From Eledone cirrhosa (lineage: Eukaryota): a DNA stretch of 64,000 bases. Location: positions 35,154,001-35,218,000 of the forward strand of contig OZ024740.1 of assembly GCA_964016885.1 (NCBI GenBank), written 5' to 3'. Position 1 is the first letter of the stretch. Each line of letters starts with the position of its first letter. The notes below the pieces were generated by a model that saw only the letters and a program-made list of their open reading frames with translations, did no database searches and had not been told where the DNA came from. The position numbers and the translations under genes are program-made. Positions 25,961-38,324 of the stretch are shown here, in pieces.

Positions 25961-26002
<42 letters not shown>

Positions 26003-27741
26003 TATATATATATATACACAAATATACATACACATACACATAGGTATGTGAAGGGCAAGGCAAAAAGAATATATGGGGGGGGGGGACATAGGAAAAGGTG
26101 AAATATAAGGGGGTGGGGTAAGGGAGAAAAAAAATAAATATACAAGAGTACAGAACGTAGAATCAGCAAAATAAAAACCGTAGCAGAAGTAAAGAGCAGA
26201 GAATATATATAGAAAGGATAAAAAGGACGATTGATTATTCCTTCATTGCATTTATTGATAGGTGACGCGCGTTTCGCCACTGATCAGCTCAAGGTTCGAT
26301 CTACATCGATCCTACCCGACTCAATAATCGGCAGCTCGACGGACCCTCTTAAAATGCTATAAGAAAATGAAATACATGCTATGTGGTAAAGTCAGAGTTT
26401 CAAGAGTTTAACAAAATGAGATGTTTTGATTGGTGAGAAGGATCAAGGCGATGTACTGGCCTGTAGTGTATATGGGGTGGGTGTGATGGTGAGATGTTGG
26501 TGAGGGTCTGTGGATGAGGTGGGCTGTGGTGTGGTGGTGGTGGGTTGGCCTTGACGTGTAGAGAATGTGGGGGTGGATGTGAAGATATGGCGGTGGTTAA
26601 GGTTATTTAGTGGGATGGGCTGTGGTGTGAGGTTAGTGGATTGTCAGTAGATGGGTTGGCATGTGGGTGGGGGTGTGGTAGTGGTGCCTTTGTCTATGGT
26701 AGCGGCGTTTTTGGTGGTGTGGTGGATGTATTGGTGGCGTCAGGTCCTTACATAGATACATAGTTAGACGCTCTTCGTCTGACAGATACCTTGTATATAC
26801 GTATACGCATATATGTATATATGTATATATGTGCACATATATTGTTGTATAAACACACACAACATAAGACACATACGCACATCCTTGCCCACACATATCG
26901 GCATACGCTCACACACAGCCATATGTATATGTACACACATGTATGTGCATGCGCGCATGCGGGCACGAATATGGAGAGTGGGGAGTATCGGTGGGGGTGG
27001 CGAACGACAGAGATGGGGGGAAGGTGAGAGGCGATGTAGAAGGTGTTTTACATATATACATACACATACATACACATGGGTATGGGCACACGGACTCACA
27101 CTCATGTATGCAATATATACACATACACACTCGCACACACGTATACTCACACATATATATACACACATATATATATATATACACACACATGTACCGACAA
27201 CACACACATACACGCACATATACACATACATGCACATATATGAGCTCACCTACACATACAGTCAGATTTACCCATATACATATATGTAGGCGTACACATA
27301 CACACACATACATACACATACATATATACACACACATACACATATGCATACACATACACATATATATATATATACAGATATATATATACACACACATAGA
27401 CATATGTATATACATGTGTTCACATACACACACATACAGATAAATTTGCGTACACGCACGCACACTTAAAACGCCCGTATGAGTAAAATACTTACACACA
27501 GACACACACACTATTGTTGGTTGGGGAGTGGAGGTATGTTTTGTCGGTGTTGATGAAGTATGGAGTTGTGTTTTGTGGTGGTGGTGGTGGAGTGATACTT
27601 CGGGAGGGTCATGTTGCCAATAAGAAACACACGCACCAGTGTGCTTTCACTTCAATTTATTATAATAAATTTATAAATTTAGGAATTTATAAATTTCCGG
27701 TTGGTTGGTTGGTTCCACAACCAGATGGTTGTTTATATATT

Positions 27742-27784
27742 GTCAAAGTTCTTTCGTCACACATTCTGTGACCTCATCAGTTAC
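27742..27784 (-). ncRNA. Hammerhead-like motif downstream of the Penelope-like element 2 ORF
   Basis: Minus strand: GUAA-CUGAUGA-g-GUCACA-gaaug-UGUGAC-GAAA-G-aa-C-UU-UGAC. Stem I has one mismatch. It lies about 230 nt past the GIY-YIG end on the same strand. Confidence 0.6.
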
Positions 27785-28012
27785 TGGGGATTCTTTTCTT
27801 TGTTTTTGTGCCTCTCCTTTGTTCTGTCCTACGCCATCTTGTTTCTGTGTGTGCGTTGTGTGCTCAGTCTGCGCATGCGCCACATCCGGGTGTCTGTGTG
27901 TGTTTATATTCGTTTATTTATTTGTTTATTTACATGTTACGGGTTGGTTGTTTGTTCTATGTGCGTGTGTGTTTTCATTTTGTCCTTAATTGTAAGTTGT
28001 GATGTTGCTGTT

Positions 28013-30160
28013 CTAATCATGTTTTCTATTTAATTTTGGTTGTAATTCTTTTATGTTTATTGCCTCTGTGATTTGTCTAAACATTGCGTCTTTTCTGTGT
28101 GTAGATTCTATTTTTATTTCTATGTTCTCTAATTTACCCTTATGTTCTATTTTAGCATGTTGGTAGAGAACAGATGATTCTTTACTATCTTGAAGGTCTC
28201 GCCAGTGTTCATTTATCCGTTCCTCTATACTACGAGCTGGCTCACCTATGTACACTATATTTTTATCAATACATTGTCCTTCAGTACATCTGATGCTATA
28301 TACTACATTTCTAGTTTTACAGTTAATATGGGGGCTTAATTTACAGGTTATACATTTCTTATCTAAATATGGGGGTCTTTGAAAAGGGTATGTCTTGCTA
28401 ATAAGTGTTTTTATGGAGGTACCTGGTCTTTCTACTATCTTAATATTGAGTTTATGTTTATCTAAGGCCCTTCTAAATTTGTAAGCTAATTCACCTCTAG
28501 GGGTTGTATTGATGAACATTACACTCTAGTATTTATTGCTATCATACCATGAGTTTATTCTATTAACCTTATTCCTAGTTCTTTCTATTCTATTCCAAAA
28601 TTTGCTCCTATACAAGGGGCAGGTCCCATTTGTGTCATTATTTACCATTTTTTCCCATTTGGTTCTGGCTCCTCTATACACTCTGATTTTATCTCTCTGA
28701 TTGTAACCAGAGAACTGCATACGGTGGATGAAGTGTTGTATGTGTCTCTCTAGTTCTTCGGGGTTGCACATGCGGGACACGTTTCTCATCACCCGTACCA
28801 AATCCGCAATCAGTATGTTGATTTTGGTATGGTCCGAAACAGCTGAGTTTCGGTGGATCAGATATTTGGAAGTCATGGAGGATTTGTTTTTTGTTATTAA
28901 TGGTATCTAACCAGAACTCTGTGTCTAGTACAGGTAATCGATGGTTGGGGTGTTTACTTGGGTAGTCTATAGTAACTCTAATACTCTGGGGATGGAGTTA
29001 GCTATTTGCTGGATGCTTTCCATTGTGTTTTTCTCTAATTCCTGACTGTTCTCTAGTGGGGGTGTTTTAACTACGATGTTTATATCATCAACGTAGCGGG
29101 AGTACATTATCAGGGTTAAGGGGTCGTCTAATTGTTCTTTAAGTTTAAGTTTAAGTCTACTGTCCCACCATACCATGAATAAGTTAGCTATGTCGCCTGC
29201 AATGCTAACCCCAATGGCTGCCACTTCCTCTTGGGCATATTTTTTTCCATTAAATTTGAACATATGTTCCTTAAGGGTTAATTTTATGCTGGCGCCCACC
29301 GCATGTGCAATCATTTTCTTTAGTTCATCGTGGTTTTGGGGGGTCCGTATGGCTCTGGTCCACCCATTCCATCTATCTCTGTGGGTTTTCTTGGCCATTG
29401 AGGTAATGGTAGGTGGTCTGCCTCTTGCTGGTCTTGTAGGGCACAGGCTGCTAAGGTCGTATGTGTCAAGGTAATTATTACTATAGGCAAGTTTAAGTAG
29501 GAGTCCCAGCTCACTGGTATCAATCCCACGGAACTCAACATTGCTCTCATTGATCATTTCTACGCATTTCTCGACAGCAAAATCCACGTCAATAGATGGA
29601 TACAGGGACACAACATCCGTACTACCTATTATGCAGTTTGTTAGGTCCCTAGATCGGTTACTCTCGCCGATTCTGCTGAGGAGGTCCTCCGTGCTGTCAC
29701 ATACATCTGGGGACATTTCAATGATGGGGCGTATGATCAGGGAGAGGAAGTAGGACAGTCTGTAGTTACTAGCAATGTTAGCTCCACAGACTGGCCGTGT
29801 TGGTGGTCCCGTGACAGGGTTACTGCCCGTTTTATGGTCTTTTCGAAGCCCATACAACGCTGGCACGTCATTGTTCCAGGCCTGGAAGTTGTTGGCAGTC
29901 CTTTTGTTGGGCTGCATTATATTTGTCCACATCACCATATGGGCATTGAGGGCTTTTTCTCTATCCTCATGCTCTTGTGGTGTTACTTCTCTTGTGTTAG
30001 TGATGTGGGGTTGCATTGTCTGGATGTAGTTTGGCAGACTGTCAACCGACATTCTGCCAGACTTGTCTGTTGGAAAGCATGCTATCTCTCCATTACGCGA
30101 GCGCTGCATGAGCTTACGCAAGCCATTTGCAGATTTTTCTCCCAGTTGCTGGGCCTCCAT
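28013..30160 (-). pseudogene. Penelope-like retroelement 2 (possibly Neptune-type): RT + Cys linker + GIY-YIG, frameshifted and 5'-truncated
   Basis: PTDKSG, LYGLRKDHK, TRPVC, DVVSLYPSI, AIG...IANLFM and SRYVDD, then MQFSGY, then CITC...NCKTRNVVYSIRC...VYIGE..R....RINEH...RQITEAINI. Confidence 0.9.
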
Positions 30161-30414
30161 TCTATTATGCTTCTTGCTACACTGTTCTATAATATTTCTA
30201 AGTTTAGATCATTCAATAAGGTAAATATGATTAGTTGTTTGTCAGAAATAGAAAAATCATTTACAAAATTACGTTGGAGCCTCAAAAACAAAAACAAAAG
30301 TAACAACATACGCACACACATATACAACACACATCCCAACAACAACAGACACACAGACACAAACAACAATAACAACAACACACACATCAACAATAATAAC
30401 ATACTCAGAAACAA

Positions 30415-31181
30415 CAACTTTATTTATTTGTTACCCACTAGCCATGCGTGGTTACACGCTTGTAAAAATTATCTCCTGTGATTATTCATGTATATATATA
30501 TATGTTAATCAATTTCTAGTTATTATAAAATGCTCGGACCTATCTTTGAGCTTATTTCCAGGCGATATGTATGGCGCACGCCGTTATGGCATGACACCCA
30601 CAATTTCGATTTAGATTAAATTCATTTAATTTATCTTAATTTTGGATATAGATATATAAATACGGCTCCTTAATTGTAGAGCTATTTCTGTTGAAGGGAA
30701 TTTGACTGCTATTTCTAGTTGTCGAATACCTATTCACGCCACTGAAACGAAGCTGCTGTGATGTGTAGACACAACACGTGGTAGCGGCCAGATGTGGATT
30801 TGAACTCGCTGTGTGAGCATGGATTGCTGGACATTATTCTTCCTTGTTGATAATCCAATAAGATCCACTTTCCGTGACTTACCATCTGATTAATTGGTGA
30901 AATATATTTCTTTAATGGAATATATACAGGGAAGATTAATCATATTAAAAGGTATCTATTTTTGAAGTTGTAGTCAACTTTATTTATTTGTTACCCACTA
31001 GCCATGCGTGGTTACACGCTTATAAAAATTATCTCCTGTGATTATTCATGTATATATATATGTTAATCAATTTCTAGTTATTATAAAATGCTCGGACCTA
31101 TCTTTGAGCTTATTTCCAGGCGATATGGCATGACACCCACAATTTCGATTTAGATTAAATTCATTTAATCTATCTTAATTT

Positions 31182-31190
<9 letters not shown>
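30415..31190 (+). mobile_element. Second ORF-less partial-tandem element
   Basis: About 30415-30655 is repeated 560 bp downstream (second copy has a small deletion) and ends in (TA)n. Shares motifs with 19168-20230. Confidence 0.65.
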
Positions 31191-31221
<31 letters not shown>

Positions 31222-31226
<5 letters not shown>

Positions 31227-31376
31227 GTTATTCCGGGTTGAATCGGAGGTAACCACAGTAAGTAAGGTACTCAATACATTGCAGAGTATAAAAGTTTTAA
31301 TATAGATGAGATTCTAAATGATTTCTAAAGAATGAAACAGTTCTAGTCCTGTAGAATCTCATCTATATTAAAACTA
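31222..31376. mobile_element. Fold-back pLTR fragment of the same family as 439-625
   Basis: gaatgaaacagttctagtcctgtagaa is shared. The left part is an inverted copy of the family's downstream sequence. Flanked by (TA)n. Confidence 0.6.
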
Positions 31377-31429
31377 TATATATATATCGACGGCATTCTT
31401 GTTTTCCTTTAGCATTATTAGTTAGAATA

Positions 31430-31618
31430 TGGATTGGCGATATCGGTAGAGGGTCGGACGCCATGCTTTGAAGCATAGAGTTGGCTCCCTTTATGATCTG
31501 AGTTCAAATACCGCCGAGGTTAACTTTGCCTTTCATCCTTACAGGGTCGATAAAATAAAGTACCAGTAATACACTGGGATAATTGCTGGCCTTGTGCCAA
31601 AAGTAGAAACAATTATTA
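31430..31618 (+). mobile_element. SINE family A
   Basis: Full consensus match. Forms an inverted pair with 31796-31972. Confidence 0.85.
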
Positions 31619-31795
31619 GTTAGAATATTTCGTTTGTATTCCACCATTTCGCGTATAAATACTGACGATACGTTAAAAATTAACACCCATTAAAAGATAT
31701 ACTCACGGTAATATATACAATATAACATAGATAGTATTCCCTAAGTATATAGTGTAGGCAATATATTCTATATAATATCGATAATATATACTCTA

Positions 31796-31972
31796 TAATT
31801 GTTTCTACTTTTGGCACAAGGCCAGCAATTATCCCAGTGCATTACTGGTACTTTATTTTATCGACCCCGTAAGGATGAAAGGCCAAGTTAACCTCGGCGG
31901 GATTTGAACTCTGACCATAAAGTGACGTAACTATGCCGTAAAGGGACGTAACTATACTGCCAATCCACCGCC
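31796..31972 (-). mobile_element. SINE family A
   Basis: Reverse-complement copy with a rearranged head. Confidence 0.8.
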
Positions 31973-32232
31973 CTATATACTATATGATATACATAGTATA
32001 TACTATATATTATAGATATTATAAGTAATACATACAAAATGATCTAGATAATATATGCCATATGATATTTATGATATATACTATGTGATATAGATAATGA
32101 AGGCATGGTTTCCTAACTCTTGGGGGAGTCGTAGGGGCGCCAATTGACATACAAAGTTTCTTGGGTACTTTAATCCTGGCGGAGCCCATAACTCTCCAGG
32201 TCAGCACACAGCAGATGTCTTCCAGGGAAGGG

Positions 32233-32348
<116 letters not shown>

Positions 32349-32498
32349 GAAAAAGAGATATAGAGGAAGAATCCACCTCAGTACTTGACTGGGCCTTTTT
32401 TTATTATTGACCTCTAAATGGCGAAGGGCAAAGTTGACCTTGGCAGGATTTGAACTCAGAGAGGAGAGAAGCCGGAACAAATACTACAAAGCATTTCT

Positions 32499-33154
32499 AC
32501 ATTACATGTTATTTACCACACTACATGTTATTTAATACAGTACATGTTATTTACTACACCACACGTTATTTACTATATTGCATGTTATCTATTACACTAC
32601 ATGTTATTTACCACATTACATGTTATTTACTACATTACATATTATTTACTACATTACATGTTATTTACTACACTACATATTATTTACCACATTACATGTT
32701 ATTTACTTCACTACATGTTATTTACTACATTACATGTTATTTACTACATTACTTGTTATTTACTACACTACATGTTATTTGCCACATTACATGTTATTTA
32801 CTACACTACATGTTATTTACCACATTACATGTTATTTACTACATTACATGTTATTTACTACACAGCATGTTATTTACCACATTACATGTTATTTACTACA
32901 CTACATGTTATTTACTACATTACATGTTATTTACCACATTACATGTTATTTACCACATTACATGTTATTTACTACATTACATGTTATTTATCACATACAT
33001 GTTATTCACCACATTACATGTTATTTACTACACTACATGTTATTTACTACATTACATGTTATTTACCACATTTCATGTTATTTACTACATTACATGTTAT
33101 TTACCACATTACATGTTATTTACCACATTACATGTTATTTACCACATTACACGT
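32499..33154. repeat. 19-bp minisatellite, about 34 copies
   Basis: Unit ACAYTACATGTTATTTACY. It explains the three overlapping spurious ORFs. Confidence 0.95.
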
Positions 33155-33226
33155 TTTCTCATTTTCCTTTTCTTTCAAAAAATATTTCTTGGTATTTAAT
33201 TGTGTGAATAATGAACTTAAACATTT

Positions 33227-33620
33227 TAGTGCGAGCCACATAAATGTCGCTGTGGATCCACCGTGGACTCTTTCGGACTCCATCCGCTTTCCTGTCGCCA
33301 CAGTGCCGGCCGCCTTCCACGCCATGCTGCCTTCAACGAGGTCATTAAGCATGGCTTGGACGTTGCAGGCTTCCCCTACCAGTTCGAGCCGGTGGGGCTG
33401 GACCGAGGGGATGGCAAAAGGCCAGACGGTATGACCATCTTCCCGTTCCGCGGTGGCAAACCCCTTGTCTGGGATGTCACTTGCAACGACACTTTCTCCA
33501 GCCGCAACCTGGTGCAGTCTGTGACTAACACAGGTTCTGCTGCACGTCGGACTGAGGAGGCCAAACTCTCCAAATACCGATCATTCTCCGGCAGGTTCGC
33601 GGTCGTGCCCTTGGCAGTGA
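33227..33620 (+). mobile_element. CRE-like non-LTR retrotransposon fragment (Zn-knuckle and restriction-like endonuclease)
   Basis: GLHPLSC...RH..FN, GKRPDGMT..P...G..LVWDVTC..T and EEAKLSKY: a PD-(D/E)xK RLE domain. GC-rich relative to the flanks. Confidence 0.8.
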
Positions 33621-34302
33621 TGTATTTGTAGGTTATGGATTTAAGCATGTTTCTTTCAATTAGATTTAAATATTAAAAGGTGATGAGATGCCATATTCCA
33701 TTTAAGAATTAATTTCGTTCATAAATGCATAGAGACTTATAAATCGAGGGACCATCATTAAAATTCCTGCAGATTCTACTATAAAACCATACCAGCAGAT
33801 TTAAAACGGCTGGTGTCAAATGTTTTAGCTGTGATGAATGTAAGTTGATGTCTGTTTGACAATGAAACTTAAATAACTAAAATATAACCTCCAGAATTTG
33901 TTTATTTGTAAAATTGATGCAAATATTTGTCTGATTGACTATTCATAACAATATTAGAAAGATATTCATTGAGAAAGATATTATGAAACGATCCACAATT
34001 TCAACGAAAAGAAATAAAATGTGTTAATTAAAACAAAATAGAAGAATGATTTTAGCCCCATAAAAAAATTTCCATATAATTCTTTGACATTTTTCAAATA
34101 AAACAATTTCTTAGTCTTAAAAAGTTATAAATTGAGGATTTAAAATTATATTTTGTTGAATTCAAAACGAATTTTGACAAATTTCAATAAAATTGTGTTT
34201 CTGATTTTCTCTAACAATTTTTTTCATTAAAATTCTCCACCCTTTTTATATTTTGATATTTCTGATTTCTATTTTGGTCTCGAGTTTGAAGAAACTTTAT
34301 TA

Positions 34303-34485
34303 ATAATTGTTTCTACTTTTGGCACAAGGCCAGCAATTACCCAGTGTATTACTGGTACTTTATTTTATCGACTCCGTAAGGATGAAAGGCAAAGTTAACA
34401 TTGGCGGGATTTGAACTTAGAATGGCAAGGGCCGTAACTCTATGCGTCAAAGCATGGCGTCCGACCCTCTACCGATGCTGCCAAT
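34303..34485 (-). mobile_element. SINE family A
   Basis: Reverse-complement consensus match. Confidence 0.8.
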
Positions 34486-34588
34486 CAATATCAGTTGCTT
34501 TTAATTATGGAATATTTAAAACTAATGGTATTAAACTCGCAGGAGATATCTACCATATACTCCAACACACACATACACTCACAGTCAC

Positions 34589-34736
<148 letters not shown>

Positions 34737-35155
34737 TTACGGATACTATTTATGGTTATATATATAATAAAACCTTATATAGTCATATATATTTTATTTT
34801 AAACCCTAAATAGTGAAAGACAGTAATTCATTACTATCTTATTACCAGTAAGATAAATAGCTTAATGTAATAACATCAGTTGTTTTACAGAGCAGTTATA
34901 TAGAAATTACATGAATCAAAGTTCAGTTTAAATCATTTATTTGCTTACAATTGTTTCCTACAAACCGAGGTTTGGATTCTTCGGAGCAACTATTTAGTGA
35001 TTTTTACATACTTGATCTCCTTCTCAACACAAGAGACATATAAAAACATATGTATATATTGACCCACAGTGGGTTGACATCCATCATAATAATATAATAA
35101 TATGGCAATTTACATACATTCATATTAAAGGACAAAATTAAAGTTAAAATAAAAA

Positions 35156-35186
<31 letters not shown>

Positions 35187-36854
35187 AAAACTAAAACTAA
35201 AACATTGGCAGTTTATGAAGATAAAGCAAGAGGAAAGTTTAGAGTAGTCAGTGTACGAAACAGTCTCACGTGTGGCATGCACGCGTGTCTTATTTATACA
35301 GTATTATAGTGCGGCAGATTGATACATGTAAAACAAGCAGTTAAAGCAGGCAATCAATAGCATCATGGAGTCTGTATTGTTGAAACATTTTTCACACACA
35401 CCTGTACGATATATACGTGTAAGCCCGTTTGTAGAGAAACACCAAAAATATAACAAATGTAACAAATGAGAAGCAAAACAGCACCACTGTCCTCGCACCC
35501 ACCACCACTCACACAATCCAGGAAACGCAATTTATATACTACATGTCAATTATACAATCCATGATGATTCGACATTGGGTGTCCGGTGAACCATGATATA
35601 CTTCGATTCATAGATCAGGCTGTTTTTGTTGTGAGAGATGACATTGTATTATATTCCGGAAGTGTGTGTGTGATTAAGGGGAGTTAATGCGTAAGGCGAG
35701 GTAACTAGCTGATTTTCATAGTTAAATTTATTATCCTAAAGTGCATTAATGGTGTTTGAGATGAGTCCATATTATATAAATTTAGAAGTTGTTTATAAAC
35801 AACTTCTAAATTTAAGTATCTTATCTATAAATTACAGTGTAGTCTATCAAGAAGTACTAAAGATGTTCATATCAGGATGATTACCTTCTATCATGGAGTG
35901 CCACAACCGAACATTCTACAAGAAGAGTCAGACCTCCAAATCAATGATCTTTGTAATTGTAGTCCACCCGCAGAACCTGGCAGGGTCTTATTACTATATT
36001 TCGACAGCTATTTCTGGACGTCCAGAAATAGCTGTCGAAACGGCTTGAGCTCTGCCGTCGGGGTTCTGTTTATTTTCCTATTACCCACTCTACTACCCAA
36101 AGTATCGACTACTCTGGTGCGTTATGGTCCACCTGGTTCCTTACCACACTTCCTTTGTTATATATATATATATATATATTATGTAAGGTCGCTCTCGAGT
36201 GCTACTGGTAACATGTAACTCAGTACAACCTGTCTCATGTTCGGGTCGTCGGCAACTAAACCGGCAACCCCACCAAGCTTGCTTGGTGAGGAGGTTGATA
36301 TTTGGACACCCTGCAGGATGAAATACAAGACCCGGCACAGGGCGGAGGAACTCAGCAGAGTCAACGGCCATCCAAATAGTACTTTATAGTCATAAAGTAG
36401 CAACAGCAGTGGTGGTACGTGTGTTTCTTCACGGAAAAGCAGACTTAACAATAGAACGTTGAACAAAAGTAGTTTTTGAAATGTGGTCACGCTGAAGTCG
36501 GTTATAATAATCCATTGCCAGGTGGTGCTCCAGCATAGTTCAATGAACTGGAACAAGGAAAATAATAAACGAATAGTAACAGGTAGCCACTGTAAGCAGC
36601 AGTTGCATTATGAAATTGATGAATGTTTGGCTTCGTTGAAAAAGACAGAGTCCCAAGGAGTTAATTACCTTCTCAGATATACTACATAAAAACAAAGTTT
36701 TCCATAAATTCCCAGTAACCACATAAATTAAGTGATTTCCTATACTTTGACATTCAGAGAAAAAATAAAGTGCTTTAACCCGAAATGTTTTTGAAACGTT
36801 GAGAACCTTTTATTAGAAAAAGATATATCTTTTATCTCGACTGTGTAGTTTGCC

Positions 36855-37035
36855 AGAGAAAATGACAAAACGTTTTCAAGGAAGTATTTCCCGACGTCGA
36901 AGGCGCTACTTTTTTCCTAATAAGTCTCAAAAATCTATCATGCGTCCTCGAGGCCGAAAGTTGTTTACTATTTTCTTCGGCGCCGGGAAATACAGTATGT
37001 TCATTTTCCCCTGAAAACGTTTTGTCATTTTCTCT
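36855..37035. mobile_element. MITE-like element with perfect 24-bp inverted repeats
   Basis: AGAGAAAATGACAAAACGTTTTCA at 36855-36878, inverted at 37012-37035. Confidence 0.65.
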
Positions 37036-37337
37036 ATGTACTTTTTTTTTTTTTATCTCCCCGATGAATAACTTTGCTCAAAATGTAAACTCATCTAAAT
37101 TTACGAACTTTCCTAAATGATATTTGACCATCTCATATTTTCTTGGAATCTGGCTTCTATTTGCTATTTATTTTTAGTTAGACTTTTGATTCATATATTT
37201 AATATGCACTAACTCACCCAGTATTTATATAAAATTTCAGTTAGCCTCATACTACCATATGGAAACATCCTGAGTTTGTTTCTTTCATCAACTCTACATT
37301 CTAAATCATCTTACTTTTTTTACCTTTCTGTCCTTCT

Positions 37338-37765
37338 GGATTGTCAGTATCGGTAGAGAGTCGGACAGCATGCTTTATAGTTACGTCCCTTTATGATCTG
37401 AGTTCAAATCCCGCCGAGGTTAACTTTGCCTTTCATCCTTACGGGGTCGATTAAATAAAGTACCAGTAACATACTGGGATCGATTTAATCGACTTTCTCC
37501 TCCCCCCCCCCAAATTACTGGCCTTGTGTCTATACTAGAAATCATTATATTGTTTTTATATTTGGCACAACGCTAGCAATTTGAAGGAAAGTGGAAAGTC
37601 CATTAAATCTACCCCAGTGCATCACTGGTAATTTAATTTATCGACCCCGAAAGGATGTAAAGCAAAGCTAACCACGGCGGGATTTGAACTCAGAACTCAA
37701 AGGGCCGTAATTAAATGCTGTAAAGCATATTATTCGACGCTTTACCTATACTGTCACTCCACCGA
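37338..37765. mobile_element. Tail-to-tail pair of SINE family A copies
   Basis: Plus copy at about 37338-37546 is immediately followed by an older minus copy at about 37550-37765. Confidence 0.75.
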
Positions 37766-38049
37766 CCTGTCGCATTCATTATATTAAAACATCTCTAATG
37801 TCAGTCCACGATTGCACACACACATTAACACATACACATTCACATGCACATATATATATACACACATATATATATACACACACTCACACACACATAAATA
37901 TGAATATTTGTTTTGTCGGATTAGATAAAACGCGACTCTTTATATACACATCTGTGCATTTCGATTTTCCTCTCTCTCACTCTCTGTCTGCCTGTCTATC
38001 TCTCTTTCTCTCTCCCCTCCTCTCTCTCTCTCTCTCCTTCTCTCTCTCG

Positions 38050-38083
<34 letters not shown>

Positions 38084-38181
38084 GCAGAGGTTATATTTAA
38101 TTTGTTGGGATTCAACAAGCTTAAACATTTTTATAACTGTATTTTATCTGATAAAACTTTTATAACTGTATTTTATAACTG

Positions 38182-38247
38182 TATTTTATCTGATGAAAGC
38201 GCACCATAATTTGTCTTGGTTGCCCTTGAAATATGTATAATAAAATA
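38182..38247 (+). ncRNA. Hammerhead motif in a solo pLTR fragment related to Penelope-like element 1
   Basis: UAUUUUAU-CUGAUGA-[different stem II: AAG..ACCA/UGGU..CUU]-GAAA-U-AUGU-A-UA-AUAAAAUA. The downstream aaatatggttttataaatatagtttcc is identical to the element 1 pLTR. Confidence 0.75.
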
Positions 38248-38324
38248 AATATGGTTTTATAAATATAGTTTCCATTTATTAATATATTGTATATATATAT
38301 GTGTGTGTGTGTATGTGTGTGCAA

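Larger units (their letters stand above)
21243..25967 (+). mobile_element. Penelope-like retroelement 1, full architecture (inverted partial pLTR + pLTR + RT/GIY-YIG + pLTR)
   Basis: Direct repeats 21419-21876 and 25510-25967 (offset 4091). Inverted partial copy at about 21243-21417. A hammerhead lies in all three. (TA)n on both sides. Confidence 0.92.

Noticed and set aside
26255-26290. Minus-strand GAAAC-GCGC-GUC, a classic minimal hammerhead 3' half
   Set aside because: The upstream sequence is CUGAUCA with no room for stem II and no matching stem I, so at best a truncated or decayed remnant.
30884-30912. CTGATTA...GAAATATATTTC in the 560-bp unit
   Set aside because: G8 is missing, there is no stem II, and no equivalent exists in the 557-bp unit.
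32450-33434. Three overlapping ORFs of 209-296 aa
   Set aside because: Artefact of the 19-bp minisatellite, which cycles through all frames.
36200-36375. GC-richer segment resembling a LINE 5' UTR, possibly with an HDV-like ribozyme
   Set aside because: I could not trace a nested double-pseudoknot by eye, so there is insufficient support.
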